DNA of 64,000 nt from the human T2T-CHM13v2.0 reference genome, Homo sapiens: the NCBI RefSeq assembly GCF_009914755.1, contig NC_060927.1. The stretch is one strand, 5' to 3'. The translations under genes were made by a program, and so were the position numbers. Positions 41,321 to 55,690 of the stretch are shown piece after piece. How positions within the stretch are numbered: position 1 is the first letter of the stretch; every line of letters begins with the position of its first letter. The notes under the pieces are model-generated. The model saw only the letters and a list, made by a program, of their open reading frames with translations, did not search any database and was not told the origin of the DNA.

Positions 41321-42902
41321 AGAAGCTTGACATTGGTATTAACTTGCCCACAATTAACTGGTGTGATCAGGCATTAGTTCAAGGTGGTATCTGAGGTTAC
41401 TATCAGATACATTTTGGACTATATAGGAAAACATAGTGCTTCTCTATAAATTGTTTGCAGAATTACTACCACAAATTTTAATGGCCTTCTACTTCCAGGG
41501 GAGGCCATCTCTATTTGCATTAGAAAGTAATATAAAGTCAGAACTGGGTCCTATTTGAGATCTAAAAGATTATCTATTTGACTTATTCTTAACTTACAAC
41601 ATTGACATTTTTGCTTATTGCTTTCAAGACTGTTTCAAACATGATTTCTTTCGGTATACTATCTTTGACAGTAGTGAGAAAACAAGAGATGCCTCTGCCG
41701 TCATACTCCAAGGTGGGAAACAGAGGACTAGCACCTCCAGAAGAGGGCCTCTGGCTTCTGGGAGGTGGGGCTTTTAAGTTTCATGATTTGGTATTGGTGC
41801 TGGGATCTGAGTTTTCAGGTTTGACTATGCAACATGCTTGAAACATGGCCTCAAGGATTGTTTGGCTGCCTCAGCATTCATGGTGGGAAGACCAGCGTCT
41901 GAATGATAAGAGATTTGGACCTTGTGTGGCAGCATTTGGTCTCAGGCCCTGCTCCGCCTGCTTGATATTCTACTGTGATGAATTGGCTATAGCTGGTTTC
42001 CCAGGAGCTTTGTCATATCCACATTCGACTGCAGAAAAAAAACAGGAGTTAACTAACTTTCCCAAAGTGACACAGCTAGTAAGTGGCAGAGCTTATTCAT
42101 TCACTCAAGAAAATATTTAGTGATGACCTGTTTTGTGCTACATGCTGGAGCTGGATGAAAACCCCAAAGTGTCTGAGTGTTACTGATATCATCAATCAGC
42201 CCCAGGTCCTTCTAGGTCAGCCTTCTATAGGGAAGGGAAGTGTTCTTGAGAATGTGTCTTGGTTCTCCATGATGTTCTTGGACAGTAGCAATGAAATGCA
42301 TATCCTCATTTCTATGAATAAACTATGCCTGCACTGGCCAAAAATGTGTCTCTCCGTTTTTGGAAGCTATTTATTTCTTTAACATATATGATCTATTATA
42401 GTAATATAATTCTATTGTGTACGATTTGCCCTCAATTTATTTCTGGAGGATTTCCTGTCTTCCAAGTTGTAACAGGCCAAGGTTGTAGAAAACATTATAC
42501 TGACATTTTCTGTGGCCCTTAACATTTTATTTCAGTCTATCTATTCTTTGTATTCATCTTTCCACACTAAAGATTTCTAATGTTTCTAATCTTCCTCTGT
42601 GTGAATCCCATGGCCCCAGCCTCTTAAATAATGTAGTGCCTTTCTCTGTACCTCCTTCAGTCCCATTATTAGAGAGTTTTTAAAAAATAATCATAGACTT
42701 TTAGGGCAAAAAAAAAAACCTTGTAAATAGCATTCAGTTGAAATTCTCATGTCGTGGATAAGGATTCTGAGGCCCCAGTTAGTTAGGAAACACGTCATTA
42801 ATAGGGAGTGTTACTGACATAGCAAGGAATCAAACTCGTTAGGACCTCTGACTTGCCTTGGAATGTTCTTTGCTGATATCTCTCTATTACGCTGTTGGCT
42901 TC

Positions 42903-43272
42903 TAATATGGTTTGGCTCTGTGTTCTCACCTAAATCTTATCTCAAATTGTAATCCCCATGTGTTGGGGGAAGGACCTGGTGGGAGGTGATTGGATTATGG
43001 GGGTGGTTTCCCCCATGCTGTTCTCATGATAGTGAGTGAGGTCTCACAAGATCTGATGGTTTAAAAGTGTGTGGAAGTTCCCCACTCACTCTGTCTCTCT
43101 GCTGCCACCATGCAAGATGTCCCTTGCTTCCCCTTCACCTTCTGCCATGATTGTAAGTCTCCTGAGGCTTCCCAAGCCATGCAGAACTGTGAGTCAATTA
43201 AACCTCTTTTCTTTATAAATTACCCAGTCTCAGGAAGTTCTTTGTAGCACTGTGAAAACAGGCTAAAATACA
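42903..43272 (+). mobile_element. THE1 (C/D-like) solo LTR
   Basis: atatggtttggctctgtg...gccatgattgtaagt...aactgtgagtcaattaaacctc...aataca; TSD gcttc/gcctc. Confidence 0.93.
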
Positions 43273-43384
43273 GCCTCCTTTAGACAGTTGAATATAGCTT
43301 AAAAATAGTAAAAGACTGAGGTATAATCAGTATGGAGTCCTTTTCTCAAAGTATTTTAGATGAGTGATGCAATAAGAAAGAGGG

Positions 43385-43620
43385 TCTACTGTAGATAAAG
43401 GCACAGGCCTTGAGGTTACACACATTAGGTTCGTATCTTGGTGTTGACATTTATTGTCATTGTAACTTTGTAAATCATACCTAACTTAATTGAATTCGTT
43501 TAATCTTATGTAAAATTAAAGTTAGTGGTACCCACATTAAAGGTACTTGTATTACGTGAGATTATACTAAATTATTAAATATGACATCTGACATATAATC
43601 TGTCTTCAACTGATATTAGA
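43385..43620 (+). mobile_element. MIR SINE
   Basis: Degenerate full-length MIR pattern. Confidence 0.55.
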
Positions 43621-44461
43621 AAAAAATCACATATGATGTTTAGTGGAGAGTCAATATCTGTGATTTAGTAAAGAAATGGTAAAACTCGTGATCAGAAATA
43701 GGGGCTATTTCTATTTAGAATGCTCTTTCAGAAGTATTCTTAGAAAAAGTTGAACATCTTCACATTGCCTATATAAGGTTTTGCTGATAAATAATTCCCA
43801 AAAGCCAACATTAACAAAGTATCGTATTTTTTCTAGTTCTTACTTTATTGTACATCATTTTATGTTAGACATATTGAAGAATTTCTGTCTGTGTGTTCAT
43901 TTTTGCAGTACTAGTAGCTTATAACCTAGGGAATATTATGTGCCTCATGTATCATTTTCCTTTTTAAAAGATACAGTCATTCAAATTTGTATTGAGTATT
44001 TTGGCACACATTTTGAGGGTCTGGGCCTCCATGATTTGAATCAAGAACTGATTCCTTTCGGGTAAATGTTAGCTGATGACCAAAAAAGAGGTATTTTCAA
44101 TCCCAGTTTCTTAAGAATATTGACCTAAATATTGACTAAAAGCTGAGGTGCTCACAGCCTTTTCTAGCAATTTAAAAAATCACTCAAAACCTCCAGTGTT
44201 TAAAGATCAATTGAGATCAGATACATTTTTTAAAGGAAAAAAAATAAAAAAAATAGCCAGTTTTGATCTCAAATGCATACACATCTATGTAGAATAGGCA
44301 TTTTTTGTCAACATATGTGTATTAAGCAACCAATATTTGGCAATCTGACAGCAATTGTGCTTGAGTACTAGGAAGGCAAAAATTAATAAGATCATTTTTC
44401 CCCGACCTGGACTTAAGGAACTCAAAATCTTGCATAAAACATTGTAAAGAAACCCTTTTCT

Positions 44462-44820
<359 letters not shown>

Positions 44821-45411
44821 TCACACATGTAGCTTATATAGCAGCTGTCAAGGTTCATATGCTACCACGTGGGGTACTGTGTGATTTCCTCCTGATGGCT
44901 GAGTTGAGTGGGGACTGTCAAGTAGGGGGAACCCGGAGACTGATCTCAAGTGTCCCTCCCGGCTTCACTGGACATCATCAATCAGAACAGTGATGTGGCT
45001 GCTGCTACCGCAGCTGCCCCTTGCTTATCACAGAGCACCGGCTAGATCTCAGCCTAGTGCTAAGCAATTTTTGCATGTTAGTACCATTCCTCCAAGCCAT
45101 TCTGCAAAACAGATACTATTATCCCTTATTTACCAATGAGACAACTAGAGTTCTAAAAGGCTACTTGATTAGCTTACGATCGCACAACAAGTAAGTGCAC
45201 ACTTGCTCCGTTTTCAGTCTGTCTGTCCCTTTTTTCTCTGCTGCAGCATCTCTTTTGACAGACACTGTGGTGGTAATGTGCTCCCTCCTGCTCCATGAAG
45301 CTATGACATTCATACTTGTGACTGTAAGGTGAAGGAACTATGAATACTACTATTAATTGATATGTGTAGCTTTAATGCATTCATTCTTTAATTCATCTAA
45401 ACAGTATATAT

Positions 45412-46822
45412 ATAAAATATATATATTTTAAAATTATTTTTTCATAGGCTTTTGGGAAACGGGTGGTATTTGGTTGCGTAAGTTCTTTTATGCTGATTTG
45501 TGAGATTTTGGTGCACTCATTACCCAAGCAGTATACAATGAACCCAATTTGTAGTCTTTTATCCCTCACCCCACTCCCACCCTTTCCCCCAAGTCCCCAA
45601 AGTCATTCTTATGCCTTTGCATCCTCATAGCTTAGCTCCCACTTAAGAGTGAGAACATAGGATTTTTGGTTTTCCATTCCTCAGTTACTTCACTTAGAAT
45701 AATCGTCTCCAGCTCCATCCAGGGTGCTGTGAATGCGGTTAATTTCCTCCTTTCATGGCTGAGTAGTATTCCATCATATATATTTACCACAATTTCTTTA
45801 TCCACTTGTTGATTGATGGACATTTGGGCTGGTTCCACATTTTTGCGATTGCGAATTGTGCTGCTATAAACATGCATGTGCAAGTACCTTTTCTGTGTAA
45901 TGACTTCTTTTCCTCTGGGTAGATACCCAGTAGTGGGATTGCTGAATCAAATGGTAGAGCTACTTTTAGTTCTGTAAGGAATCTCCGTACTGTTTTCCAT
46001 AGTGGTTGTGCTAGTTGACATTCTCACCAGCAGTGTAGAAGTGCTCCCTTTCCATTGCATCCACACCAACATCCACTATTTTTTAAATTTTTTTCATTAT
46101 GGCCATTCTTGCAGGAGTCAGGTGGTACAGAGATGTAGTTTTGATTTGCATTTCCCTGATCATTAGTGATGTTGAGCATTTTTTTTCTTATGTTTGTTGG
46201 CCATATGTATATCTTCTTTTGAGAATTGTCTATTCATGTCCTTAGCCCACTTTATGATGGGATTTTTTGTTTTTTTCTTGCTAATTTGTTTGAGTTCCTT
46301 GTAGATTCTGGATGTCAGTCCTTTGTTGGATGTATAGATTGTGAAGATTTTCTCCCACTCTGTGGGTTGTCTATTTATTCTGCTGACTGTTCATTTTGCT
46401 GAGCAGAAGCTCTTTAATTAAGTCCCACCTATTTATCTTTGTTTTTGTTGCATTTGCTTTTGAATTCTTGGTCTTGAAGCCTTTGCCTAAGCCAATGTCT
46501 AGAAGAGTTTTTCTGACGTTATCTTCTAGAATTTTTATAGGTATCGGGTCTTATATTTAAGTCCATGATCCCTCTTGAGTTGATTTTTGTATAAGGTAGG
46601 AGATGAGGATCCAGTTTCATTCTCCTACATGTGGCTTGCGAATTATCGCAGCATCATTTGTTAAATAGGGTGTTCTTTCCCCCACTTTATGTTTTTGTTT
46701 GCTTTGTAGAAGATCAGTTGGCTGTAAGTATTTGGGTTTATTTCTGGGTTCTCTATTCTGTTCCATTGGTCTATGTGCCTAGTTTTATACAAGTACCATG
46801 CTGTTTTGGTGATTATGGCCTT
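45412..46822 (-). mobile_element. L1PB-like 3' fragment (~1.4 kb) inserted in an L2
   Basis: gtgagattttggtgcac 3'UTR; ORF2 remnants ([23 protein letters not shown]); TSD atc[t/c]aaa[c/g]agtatatat at 45395 and 46823. Confidence 0.92.
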
Positions 46823-48133
46823 ATCCAAAGAGTATATATTATGTTTTATTATGGTGCCAGGCAGTGACATTGGTACAACTAATATATGCCCTTATGGAAC
46901 TCAAGATTTCTTATGTTAAATACAGAATAAAGGAAGTAGGAATATTTATAGCTGTTAGGCCTTTAGTTAATTTTGTCTAGATGGAGTTTCAAATTACTTA
47001 TGATTTGTTGTCAGTTCAGTGCATAAGGAGAAATTTATCTTATAAATAGCTTAGAAAGGAGTCATGTCATAAAATGACATGTCTCAAAATGTCTTGTGAA
47101 GCCAAGTTTTCTTCCAGCATGGCAAGCAATCACCATTTCTCTTGCTGAGCATCTAATGAAGTCATAGGTTTGATGTAGAGGGTATGTTGTGTGAAAAGTA
47201 CTACTTTGAAATATTAGATAACTTCAGAGTCACAACATGCTCATATTCAGAAAACAAGTGACCCTGACTTCCGCTGATCCGCAGCTCTCATATTACACCA
47301 GCCATGGGTAGGTTGTTTGCTGAGTGTACCCTCATAACCCAGTTTTTACTGTATCTTGCTCTTCAGCAAGTGCTGTTTCTCCTTCCAGTATACTTCTCTC
47401 TGGTTTTTTTTTTTACTTTGCCTCAAGTCAGTAGAGTTTAATTTAACTAGTTTTTTTGTGCATATACTATATTTTCTTTCAGTCATACTTTTTAAATCTT
47501 AGTTACAAAGCACACAACCAATAAGGACCCAAATGTTGTTTCGCCTTAAATTACTTTCTTTTTAATATTTTCTTTTTAATATTCCTCTCCATTCTTGTTT
47601 TACATTTGGTGGGTATATTTATTTGTATCTCTTAAGTAAAAGAAACTAAGGGACTTTGAAAAAAAAACAACTTTTCACTAATAACAGAGAATAAGTAAGA
47701 CGTTAGTATCTATGTCAATGGTGGTGAGGGAAAGGGTAAATGCTTTCTAGAGTAAATAAATTCAAAGGATTGTATGTCATGTTAATATAACAAAAACAAA
47801 ATTAGAAAGACGTTTTCTTAGATTATAGTAGTGTATTGTGTATATACCCTTATCTAATAGTGTTTGAGTCTATCCCTCCACTATATGTATATCCTAAATT
47901 GTACAGAGACACTAGTATGCTAAAATTTATCATAAGAAAAGATTAAAAGGAGAGAAATGTTTAAAAATGAGATGAAAAACCATAAGTACATGTGTGTGTA
48001 TGTATATATATATGTGTGTGTATATATTTCCATATTTCTTGTTTCATTCTAAAGGATGGTCTGTGCATCTCTTTCCAGAGATCATGCACCTACAACATGA
48101 AGGAATGAAAGAAAACCTAATAATACAGAGACT

Positions 48134-48468
<335 letters not shown>

Positions 48469-48486
48469 TTACAATAAACACTAAGA

Positions 48487-48500
48487 ACACATGCACACAA

Positions 48501-48531
<31 letters not shown>
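48487..48531. repeat. Compound (CA)n(GA)n microsatellite
   Basis: Seen directly. Confidence 0.9.
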
Positions 48532-50431
48532 TTAGATTAGTAGCAAGGAACTTACATACATGATTAATGTGAATGCCTTCTGAACCAAAGCTGAAGGAAG
48601 CAGATGAGAGCTCTGTGGGCGTAGGCTGCTGCTGTGAGCATACAAATAAGTTTGATCATAGCTACAGTCTCCATGCCTAATGTCAAACAACTGTCTTGAA
48701 AATCCTAAGTGAGAGTGGGGTGGGTAATTCAGCACAAGTACTGATCTCTGTTGTCATGAATGTCCTTGACAGTGGTAAGAAGTGGGGACCCATTGGGAAG
48801 AGCCACCTGAGGTGGCTTCATGACATGATGGATTTTGAAGAGATGTCTTAGACAGATCTAATGTTAGAACAATAAAAGTGGTACCATGGCTGTAGGAGAT
48901 CCTGAATGCATGACATTCTTTATCACTGGGATAAAGAACATTCTAGATTAAGTCATGTAACATTCACCTCAGCAAATGGAACAGCAGGGTCAGCAAATCT
49001 CATTTTGAGTCAACAAATGCAAACATTGCATTATTTCTTTTCCCCACTGAGAGACTGTCGTAACACACATAGGATGCTGGACACAGCAACATGGGAGCCA
49101 GGTTCTGTACTCTTCTACTTAGGTAAACTTCTGTCAGCCCGCAGAAGTCAGTGAACACAATTATATTAAAACAATGTGTACCATGGACCCATTGGTCAGA
49201 AGCCATATTAAATGCAGTTTCATGCATGGTTAGTCATCCATAAACATTTCTGCTTGTAATAATAATGCGGTCAGAAGTAGGCCTTGTGGGGCTGAAAAGA
49301 GGTTACTAAACAAAAGTATTAAGGACACAGTCTGTGCAGTGTGTCACTTGGTCAACTGGAAAGCAGTGACGACTTTTCTTATACTTGCCAGGGTGGAATT
49401 CTTCTCAGTGTATTGGTGTGAGGTTCTCTCCGGAGGCATTGCAATCTGTTTCTAACTACTTGGCAACAGCTTTTGGAATAAGGCCAAAAAGATTGTCAAA
49501 TAATACACAGAGTGGAAATGAGCTGTTTGAATTTTTCAGCCATCCTTCCTTTTCTTAGGGCCAAAGATGTAGTTTTATAAATCTCCTTAATTAGTAATTT
49601 CTACCAGAATGAGTTAGAATTATTACATGGAATTTAGCTCTTCTGAATGATGTTCAGTCATTAAGTTATGACAGCTGGTATGCAAAAAAATGTTGACTTA
49701 TTCCAATCGTTCTGATGCCTAATAGAAAGTAGAGTTTTTTAAAAGCATGTTCATGGGATGGCATTCAAAAACAAGCTTAAGCAATCTTTCTGAGATTGGG
49801 AGCCAATCCTTGAGACACCTGGGAATGAACAGTAAAAGGATTGGATATATTGGTTGAATCAGTCTCCTCATTTCACATGTTGATGTTTTAAGAGATAGGC
49901 GGCTTGGCAAACCATGGTGAGAGATGACCTCTTGAGTTGAAGGCTTATGTTCACTCTGTAGTTCAGAGGTCTGATCTTTCAATGCTTCCTGACGAAGCTC
50001 TCCTCGTTTTGGTCCATATCGTTTTATTTTGAAAGATTAGTCACAGCATCAGACAGATGCAAGTAGCTATTGTGCCAGACAGGTCAGGAGAACCGCTATG
50101 TAGAAATGCTTACAGTTGTGGTCTGTTGCAAAATACGTGAATTCATGAGAGAAGACACATCGATAATGTTTTCAATGAGAAGTGTAATTACGTGGCTGCT
50201 TTTTGCATGCCTGCCCTCTCTCCTCCTTTTGTTCCTTGACAGAAATTCGCAGGACCCCTTTTTTAGCAACAGAGCAATACTATAGCTTAGGTATTTGAGT
50301 GGAAATTTTGAGGGGTGTGGGGAGAAAGAAAAATTAAATCCATTTTTTTAAACAGAAAATGTAAGAATTAATTTAAAAGTGACTCAAATGATAATTGTTT
50401 CCAAAATTACAACTTTCTAATCTATCCCTAG

Positions 50432-50511
50432 GTGCTGTAAACTGCAAACCATAATCCTGTCTTAATACTGCAAACAAATCATAGTGGAACTAAGGGGAAC
50501 TTAATTTACTG
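50432..50511 (+). other. CHL1: CHL1 exon 2 (80 nt, non-coding 5'UTR)
   Basis: Acceptor tttctaatctatccctag|GTGCTG with branch-like CTAAT; donor TTACTG|gtaaga; no ATG; sequence recognised as CHL1 5'UTR. Confidence 0.92.
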
Positions 50512-53500
50512 GTAAGAGTATTTTCCTTAATCAGTTGTTTTATGCATTTTTGATTGTATTTAATTATTGCAGTACATAGGGCAGGAGTCACAAAAGATAA
50601 GGATAAGGAGACGTTGCAGAACTTTTGTCTTCACTACGGTCTTAGCGTAGATATGGACCAGATATATCATATAGTGAAGGTTTTTTTTGTTTTTTGAGTT
50701 CCATTAAATTGCTGGTTTATTTTTGAAAGAGCAAAACCCTTACCTTAAAGTTATTTTTCTTGTTGGCTGACCTGTTGGCATATTTGAAAGTGGCATATTT
50801 ATAATATTTATCAAAATGTCATTTTTAATAGAAAAAAATAGTTTCACCACTGAGATTTGAGAAGGTTGACTTCTAAGGAGGCTTGAAGTTTCAGTGAGAA
50901 AACCTGTATTTTCAGGGGGTTAACAGAGCTCACGCTTCATAGTCTGAACGACTTACAGCTTCAGTCACTGTTCCTTGAATTTGAATCCGTTTGAAATCTG
51001 ACCTGAATCCTTGATTGGAGTTTTTTCAAATTCTTTGTGCAACACCAAGCTGAATTATAACTAATTTCAAAGAGTTTGGAACAATAAGAAAAGTTCACAT
51101 TGGAAGGAGGGCCAAACACACAGTGATGTAGTTCTAGGTAAGCTGTTTAGCTATTTTGATGACCCATTTTGTAAATCATAAAACTGGAATAATAGTTGTA
51201 ACTGCCTACAGGTGCAGCCTAAATTAGATTATTACGATAATGAATATTAGCACTGGGTTTGGTCCATAGCATTGTGTTTGGTTCAGTAAGTGCCAATAAT
51301 TAGTATCACGACTAGTTTTTAAAGACAAAATAATTGGAGGAAAAACAAAAACGAGTAATTTTTTTCTCAATGATGAAAGAATGGTTTTCTTACTTTCTCA
51401 GGAGCACATTATGTCACCAAGAGAATATGCACTCCAGAAGAAATAAGATATTACTTGGTGCATGAAGAATTTTTTTCTATGCATTTGTTGCAAATGGGAC
51501 CTTAATACAAATATAAAATAATGAAGACCATGTGGAAAGAGATAGAAAATCTTGGCTTTATGGGTTACTGTTAGCATACCTGGTTCCTGGTAACCCCCAG
51601 CGGCCTTCTAAATGAATGCAGGCCATACCAAGAATAAGTCTATGAAGAAACTCTCTGTGCTTTGAAAAACATTTGATCTCTTCTCTCATCCACTGGAGTG
51701 GTTTTGCCCTCCACTATTTTTAGATCTTCACTTGGGAACTTTCTCCAAGAGGGGTTCTCCATACAGACTTTCTAACCACAGGGCATCTGAAAGTCTCTTG
51801 TAACATTAAAAATGGTTTGAAGTATATTCTAATATCCTTAGAGAAAACTCTTCCCAAAACCTGATTAATCAATTCCTTTGATGATGATTGTGTGGGATAC
51901 ATTTATTCCATTAAAACACTTTTATGATTTCACTTTAAATGAATTTCTAGTTCATAAGAAACATAGGTAAATCTTCTGAGATAGTAATGAACAAAATACA
52001 ATACCCAGGGTATTAAATTTTAAAAAAGAGATTATCATACTACTATGAGAAACTGTAATTGTGGTTGTGTCATGATGATGTATTAATAATTATTTCTCTT
52101 GACATTATGAAAATGGATGGTAACCCGCAAAACACCCTTCTTGCTCGTAGCCCTGCATTCTTTCCTGTATTTTATTGAATTATGTTTATTTCTTGTGTTC
52201 CTCTTGGTGATTGATGAAATCATTATTTAATTCTACAAAATAAGTTCCCTTACCGTCAGTTTTCATTGTGCTAGGGAAATCAGCCATCAGGTTCCAGGAA
52301 GGGTTTGTGGAATCGTAGTCATAAAACACCCATACCCACACCCACACACAAACACGCATTTACCTAATCTTCATTTTTCTTTTCAGAATCTCTTGTTTGG
52401 AAATTTCCTCCCAGAATACCCAACCTCTCAAGAATTTTAAAACGATGGAGTAAAATAATCTTCAAGCTCTGATTAGATTACAACATATGAATGCTAATTT
52501 TGTTTTTACAGGTTTCAACACCCAAATTTATCTGAACTTAGGGCACAATAAGCAGTTTAACTGTTAGAAATCTTATGAGATTGAGTTTGTGCCTATCAGA
52601 TGAATACATATTTGTATATAACATTTCAATTATTGCTACATTTATGTATAATTTATCCAAAAGCGATGTTATCCATGCATCTTAACAGAAGGCTTAAGTA
52701 GTTGAATGACAGGGACTACATTTTTGCTGCAGAAGATCATGATAAAACATGTGCTGTGTGGTCACCTTGGGTAATGTGCCGAGACTGCTTGATGGTACTT
52801 ATCTCTACACACTGCATCTCATACTGATTTATGGATTTGGATGACTTATTTTATGTCAAAGACATAAAGAGAGTAGAGAAGAGAGAATAGTATTTTCATT
52901 TCAGTCTTAAAAAAGTTCTATCCTATGAGATGTTAACAGCTGCCTTCTCTTGGTGGTCTGTGAAGTTTTTATAAAGATATTGATTATTTTCCAATGACAC
53001 ACAAATCTACTGCTAGAGACCATTCAAATGCTTAGTTACACCAGGGCTTGGCTCCTGTACCCTGAGGAGGACACGATTAACCAAATCCTCCTTTTTAAAT
53101 GTTCTCAGGACAATGAGCTGCACATACGGCACAAATGCAATTTGCTTGACCAATCTTGCCTCTGTCTCCTTCTATCTCCGTTTACATGCTTCATGCTCAG
53201 TTGAAATTAATTCTCTACACATTGGTCTCATGAACACATCTTTGAGAGCAGAGTTCAAGTTAAATTTTTATTTTCATCATTACCTCTGAGAACACAATCT
53301 GGGGCATATTAGACGCTTTGTAAGTGTAGAGGTGGGGAGAAAGAAGAAGAAAGAGAGGAACAGAAGGAGGGAAAGATTTTCCTGATAGATCACTTTCTGG
53401 ACACTTTCTGTGCTGAGAAGTTCTGAGATTGCCTCTCTGGATCCTGCTATCTTGGCAGTCTTGCTAAGAGTTTCCATTTACACTTAAACATGGTTACTGA

Positions 53501-54278
53501 TGCGTCTTAATGTTGCCTTAACTATCAGGTTTCTGATAGCCCCACATAGCCAAGTGGGACCCTGGTCAAGAAGTTCACCTCTGTTAAATAAATATGCATA
53601 GATTTTCAACATCTCTTCACATGCATTCAGAGGTGATGAAAGATTCCACTGGATGCTAGAACATTGTGCATAAATAATCGAAGTTGTATGCTCTTCAGCA
53701 ATGATGCTACCCCATATCCTTTTTTTTTCTTTCCCATGATATGAGGATATGAGTGCAGCAGAACTAGCTCCATGCCCTTGTCCCAGAATTAATCATTCCT
53801 ATCCATATTTGATGTCTTTACCTTTTAAATATTTATGGGCTGTTATGTTCCTTTCTTGTTGTTCACCCACTCTGGGGACATTCAGAAGCCTCACATTTCT
53901 TCCTTAGCCAAACACCCCATTCCCTTCATCCTCTCTCAGCTGTTCTTTGGATTACCTCCAAATTGCATACATAATTTTGGTATTGAGGTGCCAAAAATGC
54001 ATTTGTTTCAACTGGAGTTTTATTGAAGTTGCTTTTACTCAAATCAAGTACACAAATAAATTTGATTTCCAAGGCATGAAAATTCAGTTAGGTCTCCGAA
54101 GGGAAGCTGAGGTATACTTATATTTCATTATAATGCTACAGGTAGATTTTAAGTCACTAGGAAAATGACATCTCAAAATCAAAAGATTATAGAATGAGCA
54201 CTATATGAAGAATTACATTTTAAAGCATAGGTCTGTGATCATTTTGTAGGTTTTTGTTGTTACTGTCAGTCTATTGGT

Positions 54279-54452
54279 TTTTATTAATAATTTTATTGAG
54301 GTATAACTGATACACAAACGACATATTTAATGTGTACAATTTGATGAGTTTGGACATATCCGAGGACTCATGAGACTGTCACTGCAATCAAGGTAATAAA
54401 TGTATTTATTACTTCCAAAAGTTTCCTCTGTCCCTCTGTTTTTGTTTGTAAG
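54279..54452 (-). mobile_element. L1MC-like 3' end
   Basis: ttttattgaggtataactgatac...aatgtgtacaatttgatgagtttggaca. Confidence 0.8.
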
Positions 54453-55690
54453 ATTTTAATAGGCTCAAGCTCAATCTTCATAGCCTTTTTTTAAGTTAAT
54501 TTTTTCTTTCTTTCCAAATTCAGAAGGCAGATTCATTTCATCAAAAGAAAACAGTTCCTCAGTTGCTACTGCATTGCAGAGAAAAGACTGACTATAATCA
54601 CCATTAAATTATTAAAGAATAAAAGATACTGAAACCCAGCAAAACTTGGGTGATCTCTTTCATAAGCAGACACTTTTAATCTTATATTGACATTTAAAAG
54701 GACTGTTCAAGTAGCAACATGACAGACTGCACATATAAAATGTCCATGAAAATATGTAGCACAGCTAAACAAATAACTCAGAGCAAAATCCAATGAAAGG
54801 AGAAAATTGTGTTTCCTCAAGAAAATGCTATTTTTGCCCTAAGGCAATTCTTGCTGGAGAAAAATACCATGTAAAACATTGACACAAATCACAGACATCT
54901 CTTCTAAACAGTGGATTTTATTGGACTGCACACGCGTGCAGAGATTTGGCAGATATTTGAGGTCTTGGAAAGGAAACAAACCAGCGAAATATATCACTAT
55001 TATCACCAACACAACTGCAGAGGGCAAAGAGCAGACACATCTCAGAGCCTAGTGATGAAGCAGGGCATTAAAAACTAAATCAAAGCCTCTGATCAAAGGC
55101 TAATTTAGTCTGTCATAATTGACTTGCAGTGGAAGGAAGCCTCATGCACAAAGATCAAAGATTAGTGACTTCACATTTACCACAACATCCCCACCCTAAA
55201 GGAGGGAAAAAAATCAGAAAGAAGAAAGGGGAAAAAAGAAGAAACATGTCAAAGCTCACTAAGAACCCTGTGCAATGTAATCTACCTTTCTTAAGGATAG
55301 CATGCATTATTAGAAAAATGAAAATGAATTTTATTATGGCATGTTTGAGTTCTACCTTCGAAAGAGTGAGAAACTGGCACTATTGGCTTAAGTAACTTAT
55401 TTGCAAACAGGCATTATTAGGCAGTGCCTTTTGCTGCAGTTGCTTCCCTTTATTTGTAGCCCTTCAAATGCATACATTAAGATTCTCTTCACAGTTGCAA
55501 ACAGCAGGTAAATAATTGTATATTTGAGAGACTATTGCCTATTGAATTTAAGTTGGTCACAGACTTTGGTCCATGGTAACATACTAATTGTTAACTTCCT
55601 GTTAACCAGTTATATCAAGCCTTATGTAATTTTTGTTGTTTCAGTACATACTGTGAATATAGCCAGCTCCCTAACTCTGTATGAATATTA

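Noticed and set aside
41735-41751. CTCF-like motif ccagaagagggcc
   Set aside because: Mismatches at core positions; cannot be supported without ChIP data.
45632-46870. ORFs resembling the LINE-1 ORF2 protein
   Set aside because: Fragmented ORF2 remnants of a dead, truncated L1PB.
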